Below, piece after piece: positions 62,116 to 64,000 of a stretch of DNA of 64,000 nucleotides. The notes below the pieces were generated by a model, which was not told the origin of the DNA, ran no database searches, and saw only the letters and a list, made by a program, of their open reading frames with translations. Every line of letters starts with the position of its first letter. Position 1 is the stretch's first letter. A program made the position numbers and the translations under genes. The stretch comes from an uncultured Gammaproteobacteria bacterium (lineage in GTDB: Bacteria; Pseudomonadota; Gammaproteobacteria; UBA9214), in the NCBI GenBank assembly GCA_963773065.1, contig CAVYZN010000008.1, positions 1-64,000 on the forward strand, given 5' to 3'.

Positions 62116-62862
62116 TTAGCCCAGTTGCGCCAGGATGTCCTCGGGGATGTCCGCATTGGAGTAGACGTTCTGCACGTCGTCGAGCTCTTCCAGCGTTTCC
62201 AGCAGGCGCACCATCTTTTCCGCGTCCTCCAGTTCCAGGGTAGTCGAGTTGGCCGAGCGCATCGTCACTTCGGCCTGACCGGTTTCCAGCCCGGCGGCCG
62301 ACATGGCGTCCCGGACCGCAACGAACTGTTCCGGATCGGTCAGGACATCGATGGAACCATCGTCATAGGTGATGACGTCCTGCGCGCCGGCCTCGAGCGC
62401 GACCTCCATAATCCGGTCTTCATCGCTGCCGGGCGGATAGCTCAGCACCCCGGCCTTGGCGAACTGGTAGGCGACCGAACCGCCGGTGCCGAGGTTGCCG
62501 CCCGCCTTGGTGAAGGCATGGCGCACCTCCGCCACGGTACGGTTGCGGTTATCGGTCAGGCAATCGACCATGACGGCAATGCCGCCCGGGCCGTAACCCT
62601 CGTAACGGATTTCCTCGAAATGCTCGCCTTCCTGGGCGCCCGCACCGCGCTTGATGGCGCGCTCGATGGTGTCCTTGGTCATGTTGGCCGTGAGGGCCTT
62701 GTCCACCGCGAGGCGCAGCCGCGGGTTGGACGCCGGGTCCGGATCCCCCGCGCGCGCCGCCACGGTAATTTCACGAATCAGCTTGGTAAACAGCTTGCCG
62801 CGTTTGGCATCCTGGGCATTTTTACGGTGTTGGATATTGGCCCATTTACTGTGTCCTGCCAT
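62116..62862 (-). CDS. yebC: YebC/PmpR family protein
   Basis: [18 protein letters not shown] and TDNRNRT motifs. Confidence 0.97.
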   Translation of the reverse strand: MAGHSKWANIQHRKNAQDAKRGKLFTKLIREITVAARAGDPDPASNPRLRLAVDKALTANMTKDTIERAIKRGAGAQEGEHFEEIRYEGYGPGGIAVMVDCLTDNRNRTVAEVRHAFTKAGGNLGTGGSVAYQFAKAGVLSYPPGSDEDRIMEVALEAGAQDVITYDDGSIDVLTDPEQFVAVRDAMSAAGLETGQAEVTMRSANSTTLELEDAEKMVRLLETLEELDDVQNVYSNADIPEDILAQLG

Positions 62863-63043
62863 GTTTGCCTCACCTCATCACGTGCAATGGGCGCATTTTA
62901 GCACCGCCCGGATGGCGAGTTATAGCCGGCGCGCCGCGCGATTACCACACAGACAACCGCGCACCCACGTGACCTACGGGAAAGGCGCCTGGTCGCGATC
63001 ACCCGTAGGAGCGGGCTTGCCGCAGCGGGTCTTCGAAGCAGCG

Positions 63044-63721
63044 CTATGTTTCCGGCAGGAAATAACAGACCTGGTCAGCCAACCGCTTCTGGACAAGCAC
63101 CAGGCCGGTGTGCGTGGTACTCAGCACGCATCGGCAACCCGCCTGGAGACGAGCCCCCCACGTGCGTGGTATCCGCGATGAGCTGGCCGCGCGCCCTCAA
63201 TCCGTGTTTCATGAGTTCACCACGCCGACGTTCACCCCGCTCAGCCGCCCATCAGCCGCCCGATACCCAGCGGGATGCGACCGGCGATCACACCCAGCGA
63301 CTGCCATCTGCGCCCACTGAGGTCGCCGCCCAGCAGGCCCTGTTCGCAGCTGCGACCGATCAGCCAGCGCAATCACCGGCGCTGCAGACGCTGGGCGACG
63401 GCGCTGCCCCCGGCCGGCTGCCCAGCAGCACGATGCGTCCCGGTGGTCAGGCCAGGCTCGTTTGCAAGGCGTGCAGGATCACCACACCGCCCAGACTGTG
63501 GCCGACCAGATGCAAACTGGTCCCGCAGGATTTGCCGTACCCTGTGGGCAGGCGCGGGCATTGTCCCGGACGTCCGGCGCAGGGACCGGTAGTTGAACAG
63601 CCGCGGCCGGTAGCCGCAACGGCGCAGCCGCCGCGCCAGCAGCACCAGTTCCAGCCTGCTCATCCAGGATACCGTGAACGAGTACGACGGTTTCGGGCAC
63701 TGTCGCGTTATCCGGTTTCAT
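63044..63721 (-). CDS. Alpha/beta hydrolase (several frameshifts)
   Basis: VVLVHG, HLVGHSLGG, GRIVLLGS and C-terminal HTGLV, pieced together across frames. Confidence 0.65.
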
Positions 63722-63753
63722 GCAGGGACGACGCGGCGGCAAGGGATACTGCA

Positions 63754-64000
63754 TCAGTGGATTGGTACAAACCGCAGCAGCGCTTCCCGGTTGGACCAGG
63801 AAGCGGCCAGCCCGGCGGCCGCCGCGCGCGACAGCCAGCGATAGGAGCGGTGTTCGTGCGGATTCAGCCTCACCGCCGGTCGGCTGCGCATTCGACCCGG
63901 AATACATGTTCAAGGTTGGTCGCGGCATCGGGCGCGTAGCGCGCGCGCCAGGCGGGATGAAGGGTAAAGCGGATCGATGTCCGGCAGTCGACCGGCGCCG
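63754..64000 (-). CDS. nudB: Dihydroneopterin triphosphate diphosphatase NudB (3' part, frameshifted)
   Basis: DCRTSIRF...WRARYAP...NLEHVF / LNPHEH.SYRWL...SWSNREA; synteny with yebC-ruvC. Confidence 0.75.

Overview
GC-rich bacterial DNA, most likely Gammaproteobacteria, judged from the nudB-yebC-ruvCAB-ybgC-tolQRAB-pal-cpoB-queEC-tRNA-Lys backbone at 52.4-64 kb. All family calls come from motif recognition by eye; no database was searched. Left of tRNA-Lys lies a long accessory mosaic. (i) Trehalose/glycogen locus: DUF5752, treT, treZ, malQ-treY fusion. (ii) A 12.5-kb, 13-gene orphan biosynthetic-type cluster (9043-21569) with no carrier protein. It is built around a CylC/AurF-like dimetal-carboxylate enzyme, two Rieske oxygenases, a second ferritin-like diiron protein, a sterol desaturase, a GH3 amide synthetase, a PAP2 protein, an amidohydrolase-Mpo1 fusion, acyltransferases and a ferredoxin. 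This is the best candidate for an undescribed system. (iii) An NHEJ module: Ku, LigD, an HTH-TPR protein and DUF72. (iv) A CpoB coiled-coil paralog with a heptad-repeat tail. (v) A cNMP-TrxR / UBP zinc finger / DsbA-NhaA module. (vi) A MacAB-OMF exporter. (vii) A RAYT transposase with inverted repeats. (viii) A decayed redox/detox island ending in a tyrosine integrase next to tRNA-Lys. Many genes, including core ones (tolB, queE, nudB), show single-base frameshifts, which points to long-read assembly indels rather than true pseudogenes.
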